Virus record (IMG/VR): IMGVR_UViG_3300032323_001214
Coordinates: 62,001 to 126,000 of that record
Strand: one strand, 5' to 3'
Length of the DNA: 64,000 nt
Position numbers and translations under genes: made by a program. Below are positions 40,883 through 51,925 of this stretch, piece by piece. Below the pieces are notes generated by a model. The model ran no database searches. It worked only from the letters and a program-made list of their open reading frames with translations, and was not told the origin of the DNA. Position 1 is the stretch's first letter, and every line of letters begins with the position of its first letter.

Positions 40883-40890
40883 GATAAATA
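40883..40890 (+). promoter_or_regulatory. T4-type late promoter
   Basis: GATAAATA upstream of a GGAG RBS and the ATG at 40913. Confidence 0.65.
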
Positions 40891-40912
40891 ATGAATATCG
40901 GAGTGATTTAAA

Positions 40913-42109
40913 ATGGCATATACAATTGTTAAAAGTGATGGTACAGTACTAACGACCATTGCCGACGGTACTATTAATACTACAAGTACCTCATTAGGTT
41001 TACCGGGTAGAAATTATGCAGGTTATGGTCAAACACTAGACACTAACTTTGTACATATGACGGAAAATTTTGCGGACACTACCCCTCCGTCAAACCCTTT
41101 ACGAGGTCAATTATGGTTTAATACAAATGCTAATACGTTGTATGTTTGCCCAGCAGATGGAACTAGTAACGCTAACGCCTGGCTAGCGTTGACTTCTACT
41201 GCATCAGGTGGAACAACAACGTTCGGTGCAGTTACAGTAACTGGTAACCTACAAGCTAATAATATTACTGCACTAAACAATATTACTGGTGCAAATGGAG
41301 TATTCACAAATATATCTGTTAGTGCAAATGCCAATATTGCTACAGGTAACATCACTACTGGTAATATTTCAACTCTTAATACTACAGTAATTTCTGCTGG
41401 TGCTAACACAACAGCCGGAACTTTAACTGGTACTTGGACAGCAAACGGTGGGGGTTCAGGAAACTCACTTATTGTAACAAATGGTAATATTGTTGCTTCA
41501 ACCGGTATTAAAACAGATAATTACTACTATGCAAATGGATCTCCAATCTCATTTGCAGGTACATATAATAACAGTAACGTAGCTGCATACTTACCAACGT
41601 ACGGTGGTAATATATTGACAGTACAAACACAAGCAACTATAATAACTACAGGTGCTAATACAACAGCAGGAACAATAACTGGTAACTGGTCACTATCATC
41701 TGGTTCTAGATTGATGGCAACATACGCTGACTTGGCAGAACGTTTCGAAGCAGACAGTTACTATGACGCCGGCACAGTTGTTGAATTGGGCGGAGACAAA
41801 GAAATTACTGCTGTTCAGTATGAATTAAGTGATGACGTATTTGGTGTTGTATCGGATACAGCGGCTTATTTGATGAATGCAGGCGCAGGCTCAGACAAAA
41901 CTCACCCTCCAGTAGCGGTTGGCGGTCGTGTGCTAGTAAAAGTAACAGGTAAAGTTCGCAAAGGTCAACGTCTAGTTTCTGCAGGTAACGGTATAGCCCG
42001 CGCGGCAAAAGCTGGTGAAGCAACATCATTCAACACAATTGGTAGAGCATTAGCTCACAAAACTGACGAAGCTGTTGGAACGGTCGAAGCATTCGTTTCA
42101 ATTAAATAA
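40913..42109 (+). CDS. Tail fibre-like protein with a C-terminal intramolecular chaperone/autocleavage-like domain
   Basis: N-terminal GRNYAGYG...ENFA...GQLWF anchor, Asn/Thr-rich repeats (GANTTAGT twice), C-terminal YADLAERF...GVVS...GRVLVKV domain. Confidence 0.7.
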   Translation: MAYTIVKSDGTVLTTIADGTINTTSTSLGLPGRNYAGYGQTLDTNFVHMTENFADTTPPSNPLRGQLWFNTNANTLYVCPADGTSNANAWLALTSTASGGTTTFGAVTVTGNLQANNITALNNITGANGVFTNISVSANANIATGNITTGNISTLNTTVISAGANTTAGTLTGTWTANGGGSGNSLIVTNGNIVASTGIKTDNYYYANGSPISFAGTYNNSNVAAYLPTYGGNILTVQTQATIITTGANTTAGTITGNWSLSSGSRLMATYADLAERFEADSYYDAGTVVELGGDKEITAVQYELSDDVFGVVSDTAAYLMNAGAGSDKTHPPVAVGGRVLVKVTGKVRKGQRLVSAGNGIARAAKAGEATSFNTIGRALAHKTDEAVGTVEAFVSIK

Positions 42110-42118
42110 GGATAAAAG

Positions 42119-43072
42119 ATGAGCTATGCACAATTTGGATTAATCGATGCATCAGACTTTAACACGTTAGTAGGTGGAAATCCCACTGCAACTGCTAATA
42201 CACTGAACGCAACATGGGCTACTGGGTCAGGCGCAGCAGGATATGGCCAAACTGCCCAAGCGAACGTTGCTGTATCTGATACTGTTCTTGCTTCTTCATG
42301 GGCTAACTTAGTCAACAGAACAGCTAACGCCGCAACACACCAAGGATCAAGTATTAGTAATGTGGCCGCGCCTGTTGTAGGTGGCATCATCACATTTTCG
42401 TCTGCTATTCCTACAAACTTACAAACAATTTACACAAACAGACGTAATGCCGCAACACAAAGTTCCACTACATCCAACACAGTAGCATCTGGTTCTACCT
42501 GGTCCGATAGAGCAACATTTACGCATACTGCAACATTTGCAAATGGTGACGCAGCCCGTTATTTCTTTAATTCAGGTGGTCAGCTGGCAATCACAGTGTC
42601 ACATGCTAACACAACATCCGGTATTAACTTGTTGTTGAATCAGTTATGCACGAACGTAGGTACCGTAGTGTTGAGTTCTGTTACCAGCGGCACAGCAACG
42701 ATTACAGGAACAAACTATAATGGTATTACTAAAATCGGCGGTGGCGGCAACGCTCCTACTATAAGCACCAACAGCGGATACTATGCTTTGTCTACCAGTA
42801 ACGCAAATGTATTCTATCAAACAGCATCTACTGGTCCATCAGGATATCTATCAACTAATATTAACATATTGATTAGAACAAATGGTACAGTTGGTAGCAA
42901 CGGTGATGTGGGTAACGTTATTACAATCACTACAGTTTGGGATGAAATTCCAAACGGATTGACAGTTGGTACAGGAGCGACAACTACATTGACTGTGCGC
43001 CCACCAGAAGTTACTAACTTAGCTAACAGTTGGGGTACTATTAATCTTACTGGTTCTGTAACACAAGTTTAA
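42119..43072 (+). CDS. Putative virion structural protein
   Basis: Thr/Ser/Gly/Asn-rich; GYGQ and ARYFFNSGG motifs; AAGGA RBS. Confidence 0.6.
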   Translation: MSYAQFGLIDASDFNTLVGGNPTATANTLNATWATGSGAAGYGQTAQANVAVSDTVLASSWANLVNRTANAATHQGSSISNVAAPVVGGIITFSSAIPTNLQTIYTNRRNAATQSSTTSNTVASGSTWSDRATFTHTATFANGDAARYFFNSGGQLAITVSHANTTSGINLLLNQLCTNVGTVVLSSVTSGTATITGTNYNGITKIGGGGNAPTISTNSGYYALSTSNANVFYQTASTGPSGYLSTNINILIRTNGTVGSNGDVGNVITITTVWDEIPNGLTVGTGATTTLTVRPPEVTNLANSWGTINLTGSVTQV

Positions 43073-43094
43073 TTTTTTAGCTACTTGGTATCCA

Positions 43095-43102
43095 TCTAAA
43101 TA
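43095..43102 (+). promoter_or_regulatory. Possible late promoter heading the modification gene run
   Basis: TCTAAATA followed by an AGGAG RBS and the ATG at 43120. Confidence 0.55.
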
Positions 43103-43119
43103 CTCTCAGGAGAGTTTAA

Positions 43120-43425
43120 ATGGATACCAAAACCTTAATTGCAGAGGCTAAAGCTAGATTCAATCATAATGCAGCCAAAGCCCAATTAAAAGACAAATAT
43201 GATGGCAAATTTATTGTTGCCGATCAAGGAGGGCTTTGGACAGCCACCCCTGAACTTATTGCATTCTTAAATGCAGTGGATGACAATTTTGTTATAATTA
43301 TTGATAACTTTAATAACCCCGTAGAAGTTAAACGTGAAGATTTGTTGCGAATACTACAAGACACTTATCAAAAAGTTATGCTTGAATGGTATAAAGAATG
43401 GAAAGAGTTAGAGTCTAAACGATGA
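43120..43425 (+). CDS. Hypothetical protein, 101 aa
   Basis: Strong RBS; 4-bp overlap with the next gene. Confidence 0.7.
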   Translation: MDTKTLIAEAKARFNHNAAKAQLKDKYDGKFIVADQGGLWTATPELIAFLNAVDDNFVIIIDNFNNPVEVKREDLLRILQDTYQKVMLEWYKEWKELESKR

Positions 43426-44222
43426 GTAGAGGTGTAATATTATTTGCATTCAACTCGCCAAAGTTTGATTACTACAAAATGGCGGTTGCAACAGCAAAGA
43501 GAATCAATCATTTTCTAAACATGCCCGTCACAGTTGTGACAGATGAAAAATCCATATCTAATTCAAATTATAAATTTGACAAAACAATATTAGTAGAACC
43601 TGATAGAAGTAATAGTAGAGATTGGGGAGTATGGATTAACAAAGGTAGATACCAAGCATACGAATTAAGCCCATATGATGAAACCATATTGCTTGATACT
43701 GATTACATGGTAAATTCAACTAAGATTCTTGATATCTTTAACTACTATGATGATTTTTGTTGTCATGATACTACTAGCTTTTTAATGCAGCCTAATGTTG
43801 CCCAAGAAGTGTTAAGTGTATATAGCTATAAAACATTATGGGCTACTGTTGTTGCATTTAAAAAATCAAATAGGGCTAAACAAATATTTGAGTGCTTAGA
43901 AATGGTTCAAAAGAATTTTGAGCATTATGGTAATCTACATGGATTCGTTGCTGGCACCTATAGAAATGACTATGCATTGACGTTAGCATTGAATATTGTC
44001 AATGGCCATAGTAGAAATAAACGTGATATTATACCGTGGAATTTAGTTCATGTAGGAAAAAACACGCAACTATACAAAAATAACACTGATGAATTTGACA
44101 CTGAATTTACCATAATGTATGATAATTGGCAGCGCGGAAAAATACGTAAAGAATATATTACATTAAAAGATTTTGATTTTCATGTAATGAATAAAGAAAA
44201 TTTCTTGGAGATCATAGAATGA
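43422..44222 (+). CDS. GT-A fold glycosyltransferase-like protein
   Basis: RGVILFA start, SPYDETILLDTD (DxD), RNDYAL, C-terminal HVMNK. Confidence 0.7.
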   Translation: MSRGVILFAFNSPKFDYYKMAVATAKRINHFLNMPVTVVTDEKSISNSNYKFDKTILVEPDRSNSRDWGVWINKGRYQAYELSPYDETILLDTDYMVNSTKILDIFNYYDDFCCHDTTSFLMQPNVAQEVLSVYSYKTLWATVVAFKKSNRAKQIFECLEMVQKNFEHYGNLHGFVAGTYRNDYALTLALNIVNGHSRNKRDIIPWNLVHVGKNTQLYKNNTDEFDTEFTIMYDNWQRGKIRKEYITLKDFDFHVMNKENFLEIIE

Positions 44223-44995
44223 CTCGCGGTTTTGTAATTATGGCTCAAGATACTGAAAAGGTACGCTACACTAAATGTGCTAGCGCATTGGAAGCAAGTA
44301 TTAAACGTGTGATGCCAAAAGCTAATGTGACTATCATTGCAACTGACATGTTGCCACATGGAGATTTGGCACCAAATAGTGATTGGAAATTAATCAATGA
44401 CTGGCAAGTATATGAAGCAAGTCCGTATAATGAAACAATAAAGCTAGAAGCAGACCTTTTTATACCAAGAGATATATCTCATTGGTTTGATGTGTTATCA
44501 ATACAAGATGTTGCAGTATGTACTAAAATTCGTAATTTTAAAGGTGATATATCAGATATAAGAACCTACCGTAGATTCATTGATGATAATAACTTACCTG
44601 ATACTTATAACGCAATTACTTATTTTAAAAAGTCAGATACGGCTGAACGATTTTATAAAATAGTTAGAAATATTTTTGAGAATTGGGACGAATACAAGGC
44701 TTTATTAAAATGCAATCCTGATGAAAAGGCAACTACTGATTGGGTGTATGCAATTGCATGTCATATTGTAGGAGTAGAAAAAACCACAATACCTGACTTC
44801 AGTGAGTTTAGTATGACACATATGAAACAGTGGGTAAACGGTGTGACCACTGAAGACTGGACCGACACATTGGTGTATGAGATTCAACCTGAATCATTAA
44901 GAGTACATACCTATCCCCAATATTATCCTTTTCATTATCATATAAAGTCTTTTGGTGATAAAATAATAGAAAGTTATAAAAAATGGAACACGTGA
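44219..44995 (+). CDS. GT-A fold glycosyltransferase-like protein, paralog of the upstream gene
   Basis: RGFVIMA start, SPYNETIKLEAD (ExD), TTDWVYAIA, FHYHIK. Confidence 0.68.
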   Translation: MTRGFVIMAQDTEKVRYTKCASALEASIKRVMPKANVTIIATDMLPHGDLAPNSDWKLINDWQVYEASPYNETIKLEADLFIPRDISHWFDVLSIQDVAVCTKIRNFKGDISDIRTYRRFIDDNNLPDTYNAITYFKKSDTAERFYKIVRNIFENWDEYKALLKCNPDEKATTDWVYAIACHIVGVEKTTIPDFSEFSMTHMKQWVNGVTTEDWTDTLVYEIQPESLRVHTYPQYYPFHYHIKSFGDKIIESYKKWNT

Positions 44996-45312
44996 TAATT
45001 TGGGAAGCTCCTCCTATTGTCAAGCCTGAATTCAGGTTATACTATGACGATAAAGGTAATGTTTTATTTTATACCTGTGATAAACCCGAAGGTAATTATT
45101 TAGTCATTGACGCCCCTACATTTGCTGCCGGAAGACCTGATATTAGAGTAATTGATGGTAGGATATCCACTGTCGTTGTTAGTGCAGTTGTTAGTAAAAT
45201 TATGCCAAACACCGACGGTGTAAGTTGCGCAGAAGAAGATGTTAGTATCGTGGTTGACGCAACCTATGTAGGTAATACTATTAAATGGAAAACAGTAACA
45301 TATGAACTCTGA
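44983..45312 (+). CDS. Hypothetical protein, 109 aa
   Basis: Overlaps both neighbours; FRLYYDDKG motif. Confidence 0.65.
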   Translation: MEHVIIWEAPPIVKPEFRLYYDDKGNVLFYTCDKPEGNYLVIDAPTFAAGRPDIRVIDGRISTVVVSAVVSKIMPNTDGVSCAEEDVSIVVDATYVGNTIKWKTVTYEL

Positions 45313-46255
45313 AGATATTATTGATGTTGCAGATTTAGACTGCATCTATCTAAGTTATGATGAACCACAGAAAGAAGAATTCTGGCTCAAGATTAAAAAC
45401 ATGGTGCCTTGGGCAAAACGTGTTGATGGGGTAAAAGGAAGTGATGCGGCACACAAAGCCGCCGGCGCCGCAAGCGATACTGAACGTTTTATTCTAATCG
45501 ACGGCGACAACATGCCAGAAGAAAGTTTCTTTAATATTCAATTAGATTTTACGGGTAAAGACGAGTCATTTAAACGAGCGCAATTTCGTTGGAAAGCCAT
45601 CAATAATATTAACGGGCTGAGATATGGTAATGGCGGAATGAGTTCTTGGACTAAAGAATATGTCGCCAACATGAAAACACATGAACATCAAAAAGACGGC
45701 GATGTGTCACGTATTGCTGATTTTTGTATGGGCGGAGATGATAATTTATATTGGGCCATGTGGGACTGTTATTCAACTACATATCCAAACATGACACCAT
45801 TTCAAGCATGGCGTGCAGGATTCCGTGAGGGTGTCAAAATGAGTTTAGATAGAGGAGCTCGCCCCACAGTAGATCAATTCAAAGAAACAGTAGCAAGTCG
45901 TAACTTAGATAACTTAACAATATGGCATAATGTTGGTGCAGATGTTGAAAACGGAGAGTGGGCTATATATGGCGCACGACTTGGCACGTACATGACCATG
46001 CTCACAGAATGGGATCATTCAAACGTTCAATGGTTTGATAATTATATTATATTGTGGGAAGAACATGTGAACAGAAATCCTGTGCGTGAGTCAGTATTAT
46101 TGGGTGACGCATTACAGGACAAACTAGGACTACCAATGTGTACATTAGACAGTGTACAAAGTAAATTCTTTAAACGCCATTATGGTGCAGACAAATATAA
46201 CCGAGGACCTCTTGTAACCGAGATGGAAGTTGTTCGACAGATTCAGGGTTGGTAA
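45302..46255 (+). CDS. Glycosyltransferase-like protein (GT-A, DGD motif)
   Basis: YLSYDEP, RVDGVKGSDAAHKAA, FILIDGDN, YGNGG, AWRAGFREGVKM. Confidence 0.6.
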   Translation: MNSEDIIDVADLDCIYLSYDEPQKEEFWLKIKNMVPWAKRVDGVKGSDAAHKAAGAASDTERFILIDGDNMPEESFFNIQLDFTGKDESFKRAQFRWKAINNINGLRYGNGGMSSWTKEYVANMKTHEHQKDGDVSRIADFCMGGDDNLYWAMWDCYSTTYPNMTPFQAWRAGFREGVKMSLDRGARPTVDQFKETVASRNLDNLTIWHNVGADVENGEWAIYGARLGTYMTMLTEWDHSNVQWFDNYIILWEEHVNRNPVRESVLLGDALQDKLGLPMCTLDSVQSKFFKRHYGADKYNRGPLVTEMEVVRQIQGW

Positions 46256-47820
46256 TGAGCGGAGAATACGACCAATTTGCTAGGGATATGCGTGACCGCT
46301 TGAATGCGGTCAGTCCATCTCTGTGTCTTGCTAAGTGGCAACAAGTTTCTATTCACTTACCTAGTGGATTGACACAAAGTTGCTACCATCCACCTACACA
46401 TAAAATACCCTTAGATTTATTAAAAGATAATCCTAGCGTACTACACAACACTCCTATTAAGATACATGAGCGCAAACAAATGCTTGAAGGTGTAAGACCT
46501 GAGGGCTGTAGCTATTGTTGGAAAGTAGAAGATGCCAAAAGTGATGATCCTAAAGGTCACATGAGTGACAGACATTATCGTAGTAGTGAATGGTGGAATG
46601 CACCCACGTTTGACGAAGTTACTACAAACAGTTTTGATTATGATGTTATACCGCGGTATGTAGAAGTCAACTTCAATCAAGCATGTAACTTCAAATGTAT
46701 GTACTGTAGCCCTCACCTATCCACTAGTTGGGAAGAAGAAGTTAAAAAGCACGGTGGCTATAAATTAGCACACATGACACATAACAATTTGCAGTCACTT
46801 GAAGAAAAAGGATTAATGCCACTTAAAGTAGCAAATAGAGACAATCCTTATGTTGAAGCATTTTGGCAATGGTTCCCTGAAATCTACCGTAAACTACGTG
46901 TGTTCAGAATGACCGGCGGCGAACCGCTTATGGACAAGAACACATTCAAAGTGTTAGACTATGTGAATGAAAATCCTCATGGTCAGCTTGAGTTATCTAT
47001 AACAAGCAACATGTGTCCTCCGGATCAGAAGTTGTTTGATACTTTCTTAACTAAAGTAAAAGCAATTGAAGAATTACGTACCTACGAAGATAAAGAAAAT
47101 TTCAACGAACACTCAGGCAACCATTGGTATGTAGATAAAGGATTCAAACATTTTTGGTTATTCGTATCATTAGATGGTTTTGGTAAACAAGCGGAATATA
47201 TGCGTACTGGATTAGAGTTTGAACGTATGCTCAACAACGTTCGCACATTCTTGCGTGAAACAAAGTACTCTACTGTGAGTTTCATTAATACGTTCAACAT
47301 TCTGAGTATTCCAAGTCTACATAATTTCCTAGCTATGATCTTAGAATTACGTGCTGAGTTTGGTGGAAGAAGTCAAGTTGAATTTGAGATTGCACCAGAA
47401 CAAACTGAAACAGAAAAAGAACAAAATATTGTCCATAAAGTTTACACACAAAAGAAGTTTCAGCGTGTATTCTTTGACATTCCTATTCTACGTTATCCAC
47501 CGTGGTTCAGTATTCAAAATGCAGGAGAATATGGGATTACCGAAGTAGAACGTTGTCTGAAATATATGGAAGATAATGTACAAGATGGTGATTATTTAGA
47601 GACATTTGAAGGTTTTAAACCATATGAGATATTGAAAATAAAAAGAGATTTGGCTATTATGAAAGAATCTCTACCAGTAGAACAGTTGCAACTAAATAAA
47701 AAGAACTTCTACATGTTCATCACAGAATATGATAGACGCAGACAAACTAATTTTATAGAAACTTTCCCAGAACTAAAAATGTACTGGAGAGAGTGTATCA
47801 AAGCACATACCAAACATTAA
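46255..47820 (+). CDS. Radical SAM enzyme with N-terminal twitch-like domain (#1, SCxH subtype)
   Basis: CLAKW...SCYH...CSYCW; CNFKCMYC; GGEP; TAATG overlap gives a start at 46255. Confidence 0.9.
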   Translation: MSGEYDQFARDMRDRLNAVSPSLCLAKWQQVSIHLPSGLTQSCYHPPTHKIPLDLLKDNPSVLHNTPIKIHERKQMLEGVRPEGCSYCWKVEDAKSDDPKGHMSDRHYRSSEWWNAPTFDEVTTNSFDYDVIPRYVEVNFNQACNFKCMYCSPHLSTSWEEEVKKHGGYKLAHMTHNNLQSLEEKGLMPLKVANRDNPYVEAFWQWFPEIYRKLRVFRMTGGEPLMDKNTFKVLDYVNENPHGQLELSITSNMCPPDQKLFDTFLTKVKAIEELRTYEDKENFNEHSGNHWYVDKGFKHFWLFVSLDGFGKQAEYMRTGLEFERMLNNVRTFLRETKYSTVSFINTFNILSIPSLHNFLAMILELRAEFGGRSQVEFEIAPEQTETEKEQNIVHKVYTQKKFQRVFFDIPILRYPPWFSIQNAGEYGITEVERCLKYMEDNVQDGDYLETFEGFKPYEILKIKRDLAIMKESLPVEQLQLNKKNFYMFITEYDRRRQTNFIETFPELKMYWRECIKAHTKH

Positions 47821-47829
47821 GGAAAATAA

Positions 47830-49362
47830 ATGGCAGGAAAAAAACACGAAGAATCGTTTGCACAATATAAAGCAAGATTGATTGACCCAATTAGCGATAG
47901 CTATTGCGCGGCTAAATGGCTTAATGCAACAATCTGGCTGGGTAACGGACAAACAACTAGTTGTCACCATCCACTGGGTCATCAAATCGATGCAGGAGAA
48001 TTGCAAACTAATCCATCAGCTATTCATAACACACCACATAAGAAATATATGCGTAAGTTGATGCAAGAGGGTAAACGACCACAAGAGTGTGAATACTGTT
48101 GGAAGATTGAAGATATAGGTCGTGATAACATGAGTGACCGTGTTTACAAAACTGCCGTATTTGAAGAATCAGATATTCTACACACTGCTAAAGCAGATTG
48201 GCAAGAGAATACAATGTTAAAAACATTGGAAATCAGTTTTGACCGAACATGTAACTTTGCTTGTAGTTATTGCAATCCAAGTTTCAGTACAACATGGGTC
48301 AAAGATATTCATAAATTTGGACCTTATCGCAATATTGACGGTGATGCACGTAGTCACTTTATCAACGAAGCCGACCATGCAAAACCATTACCCGATGATG
48401 TTAACCCATATAGTCAAGCGTTTTGGCGCTGGTGGGAACAAGAAAACGGTCTGGCAGACAACCTAGAAGAAATCAGAATCACAGGTGGAGAACCACTTAT
48501 GGCACCTGGTGTTTGGAAGTTGTTTGAGTGGTTCAAAGATAACCAGGAACGGGTGAAGAATCGCAAAGATGGTAAGGTTATGCGTTATGCAATTAACAGC
48601 AATCTGGTTCCCAAAGATGATATTATGGACAGACTAATTGAATTGAGTCACTATGTTCCTCATTTAGAAGTTTATACTAGTTGCGAAGCATTTGGTTCTC
48701 ATGCAGAATATATTCGTGATGGATTCGTTTGGAGCAAATGGAAAGCTAACTTAACACGATTGCACACTGAAGGTAATATTAAAAAGACTCATATGATGAT
48801 GACCATCAATAGTTTATGTCTAGCTAGCATTACTGAGTTCATGGATGAAATGATGGCTTTCAAGAAAACTCATGACACTGTTTACCCCACTATGAGTTTG
48901 AATATTTTACGTTTCCCTAGTTTCCAAAGTTGTGCTATGTTACCAACAGAGATTCGTCAAAAGTATAAAGACAAATTACAAGTTTGGTTAGATCAACAAA
49001 TTGCTATGGATTTGCAAACATCTGATGGTAAACAAATGCTAATGAGTATTGAACGTGAGCAAACACAACGGTTAATTGATTACCTTGACGTTGTTAAAAC
49101 ACCACACAAGAATGTCAAAGACATTGAACAAAACCGTCGTGACTTCAAACAGTTCTATGCTCAGTATGATGTCCGTCGTGGTAAGAGTTTCCGTGATACG
49201 TTTCCTTCAGAGTTTGTCGCTTTCTATGATAGTATTCAAACTGATTTACCAACAGCAGAGGAAATTATTACACAAAATTATCGTGCAGGAGTTGATTTGA
49301 TCCCAGATCATCCACCGGAAGATCCAAGCAAAGATGTGTTTGTCAACCCTGATTTACAATGA
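47830..49362 (+). CDS. Radical SAM enzyme with N-terminal twitch-like domain (#2, SCxH subtype)
   Basis: CAAKW...SCHH...CEYCW; CNFACSYC; GGEP. Confidence 0.9.
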   Translation: MAGKKHEESFAQYKARLIDPISDSYCAAKWLNATIWLGNGQTTSCHHPLGHQIDAGELQTNPSAIHNTPHKKYMRKLMQEGKRPQECEYCWKIEDIGRDNMSDRVYKTAVFEESDILHTAKADWQENTMLKTLEISFDRTCNFACSYCNPSFSTTWVKDIHKFGPYRNIDGDARSHFINEADHAKPLPDDVNPYSQAFWRWWEQENGLADNLEEIRITGGEPLMAPGVWKLFEWFKDNQERVKNRKDGKVMRYAINSNLVPKDDIMDRLIELSHYVPHLEVYTSCEAFGSHAEYIRDGFVWSKWKANLTRLHTEGNIKKTHMMMTINSLCLASITEFMDEMMAFKKTHDTVYPTMSLNILRFPSFQSCAMLPTEIRQKYKDKLQVWLDQQIAMDLQTSDGKQMLMSIEREQTQRLIDYLDVVKTPHKNVKDIEQNRRDFKQFYAQYDVRRGKSFRDTFPSEFVAFYDSIQTDLPTAEEIITQNYRAGVDLIPDHPPEDPSKDVFVNPDLQ

Positions 49363-50750
49363 CAAACAAAATAATTCCTATATGGGAACATGCAAAGCCC
49401 CATAAAGATAGTAAGAACAAGGTGTTTTGCATGGCACCTTGGACTCACACTTACATAAGTCCTCAAAGCGAACGCAGATTATGCTGTGCTAGTAGAGAGG
49501 AACATTCGTTCCAGAAACAATATATTGACAGTAGCAACGATAGTAAGTATGGAGAAGTCAAAGAATCAAAAACTGCATTAGATGACTATAAACCGGTTAG
49601 TTTAAAAGAACACTGGAATAGTGAATACATGAAAGATATTCGTGTAAAACTAATGCGCGGCGAAGAGATTCCGCAGTGTGATGTATGTAACAAAAATCTA
49701 TTGATGGAAGGACACAGCTATCGCGGCTGGTTTACTGGTTCTTTGTTTCATGACAAGATACAAGAAGCATTTGACAAGACAGACGACACTGGTTACACTA
49801 CAATGGAACCGATCTCGTTTGATTATAGATTCAGTAACCTATGTAATTTTAAATGTCGCATGTGCGGAGAACAACTAAGTTCAACATGGGAGACTGAAAA
49901 GAAAATTCACAATATGTGGGACGAGAAAAATCAACCTTTCATGGTTCCTGAAATTAAATCTGCTATGCAAAACTTTCAGCAGACAGTAGTTGAACCAGAA
50001 TTCCGTGATGCAGTAAGTCGTGGTATTGTAGAAGAAATGTATTGGGTTGGTGGTGAACCATTAATGTATGATGTACATTGGTGGACATTAGAAGAAATGT
50101 TGCGCAACGGTAGTAATAAAAAATGCTATATGCGTTACAATAGTAATTTAAGCCGTGTTCAATTTGGTGACAAAAATTTATATGATTATCTTCCATTGTA
50201 CAAAGACTGGATGATGTGTGCTAGTATTGATGGTACAGGTGAAATTGTCGAATACATTCGCACGGGTATCAAGTGGGACAAGTGGTTAGAGAATTTTAAG
50301 AAAGGTCTTGAGTTACCAAATGGTAAAGATAAGATGGTTCTTGATTTGACATTGACTGCACCCGGTATGTTCAGTTTAAAAGAACTATTTGATTTAAGCA
50401 TTGAGTTGGATGTTAAAATTGAGACTAAAACCACATTCGGTTTTCATCCTGATATAATGTGGACACCTCTTAGCTGGCCCCGTGAAATATTAGATGAAGT
50501 TGTTGACGATATACTTGAATATATTCGACCTCGTGTTACATGGAAACAACATACTTTAGTTGGTAATTTAGAAGCATTAAAGAATACTCGCAAGACTCAT
50601 GCAGAGGAATGGCCTGATACTTATAAGCAAGCTGCAAAAAACGGTAAGGGCTGGGTCGAGAGACTTGAACAAATACGAGGTGGTCCTACTACACTGCGTG
50701 GCATTTATAGTCGTAATTCAAAATTATTAGAATGGTGGGACAACATATGA
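49359..50750 (+). CDS. Radical SAM enzyme with N-terminal twitch-like domain (#3, CC subtype)
   Basis: CMAPW...LCC...CDVC; CNFKCRMC; GGEP. Confidence 0.9.
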   Translation: MTNKIIPIWEHAKPHKDSKNKVFCMAPWTHTYISPQSERRLCCASREEHSFQKQYIDSSNDSKYGEVKESKTALDDYKPVSLKEHWNSEYMKDIRVKLMRGEEIPQCDVCNKNLLMEGHSYRGWFTGSLFHDKIQEAFDKTDDTGYTTMEPISFDYRFSNLCNFKCRMCGEQLSSTWETEKKIHNMWDEKNQPFMVPEIKSAMQNFQQTVVEPEFRDAVSRGIVEEMYWVGGEPLMYDVHWWTLEEMLRNGSNKKCYMRYNSNLSRVQFGDKNLYDYLPLYKDWMMCASIDGTGEIVEYIRTGIKWDKWLENFKKGLELPNGKDKMVLDLTLTAPGMFSLKELFDLSIELDVKIETKTTFGFHPDIMWTPLSWPREILDEVVDDILEYIRPRVTWKQHTLVGNLEALKNTRKTHAEEWPDTYKQAAKNGKGWVERLEQIRGGPTTLRGIYSRNSKLLEWWDNI

Positions 50751-51925
50751 GTAAAACAATGTGTGTGCTACCTTGGATGCATTTAGCTACGCACCCTAAT
50801 GGTGGTGCAAGTCTCTGTTGCCGCAGTAATCATACAAATGCTATAAGCTGGGCAAAGAAAGCGGAAACTAATAGTATAGTCACATTAGATAATGACAACA
50901 TTATTGACATTATGAACAGTAATACCTTCGTCAAAGTCAGACAAGATATGATAGATGGTAGACGTCCTATCGAATGTGAAGGTTGCTGGAAAGATGAAGA
51001 TAGTGGTCTAAAAAGTAAACGTCAATATGAGAATGAGCGTTGGGCACACATTATCCCCAAACTTGAACAAACGGCAAAGCTTAATGATATCAACTTAATA
51101 TATGTAGAACTACGTTTGGGTAATGTGTGTAACAATGCTTGCTTAACTTGCAACAGTTATAGCAGTACTAAATGGTATCCTGATGAGAAGAAAATTGCCA
51201 ATGACTTACCTTGGTTTCAATTAAGACCAATGGAAAATTTCAAATGGTTTGAGAATGATGAGTTCTATTTAGAATTAGCAAACAAAAGTCGAGAAGTAGA
51301 AGAAATCTATATCAATGGAGGCGAACCTACGTTGATTAAGGCTCACTTTGAATACTTGAAGCACTTGATTACATTAGGTACAGCACAAAACGTACACTTG
51401 GTTTACAGTTTGAACATGTTGGATATACCTGACAATCTAATTGAATTATGGAAAAGTTTCAAACAAGTCACGGTAAATGCAAGTATTGATGATTTAGGTG
51501 AGCGTAACTATTATATTCGTTATCCTACTAAGTGGGAAGAGACAATTGCAAGTATTGAAAAATTAACTAAGTTACCAAACTTAAATTGGCATGTAACACA
51601 AACTGTTAGTATACTCAACATTTACCATTTAGCAGAGTTTGGTAATTGGTTAGAAACTAATTACAACAAAACACCTCACCATAATTATGTAATCTACCCA
51701 GACTATTTAAGTTTAGCAACATTGCCCGATTTTTATAAAGAAGAATTGCGTAGTCATTATGCAAGTAGACTACCTGAATGGCAACGCAAAGATTTATTTA
51801 ATAAACTACATGAGCCCTATCAACCAGACTTGCTAAAAAAAGCAAAAGAGTTTATAATAGCAGTTGATAAAGCACGTGGACTAGATTATAAAAACTACAT
51901 TCCAGAATTAAAAGATATACTATGA
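50747..51925 (+). CDS. Radical SAM enzyme with N-terminal twitch-like domain (#4, CC subtype)
   Basis: CVLPW...LCC...CEGCW; CNNACLTC; GGEP; ATGA overlap gives a start at 50747. Confidence 0.9.
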   Translation: MSKTMCVLPWMHLATHPNGGASLCCRSNHTNAISWAKKAETNSIVTLDNDNIIDIMNSNTFVKVRQDMIDGRRPIECEGCWKDEDSGLKSKRQYENERWAHIIPKLEQTAKLNDINLIYVELRLGNVCNNACLTCNSYSSTKWYPDEKKIANDLPWFQLRPMENFKWFENDEFYLELANKSREVEEIYINGGEPTLIKAHFEYLKHLITLGTAQNVHLVYSLNMLDIPDNLIELWKSFKQVTVNASIDDLGERNYYIRYPTKWEETIASIEKLTKLPNLNWHVTQTVSILNIYHLAEFGNWLETNYNKTPHHNYVIYPDYLSLATLPDFYKEELRSHYASRLPEWQRKDLFNKLHEPYQPDLLKKAKEFIIAVDKARGLDYKNYIPELKDIL

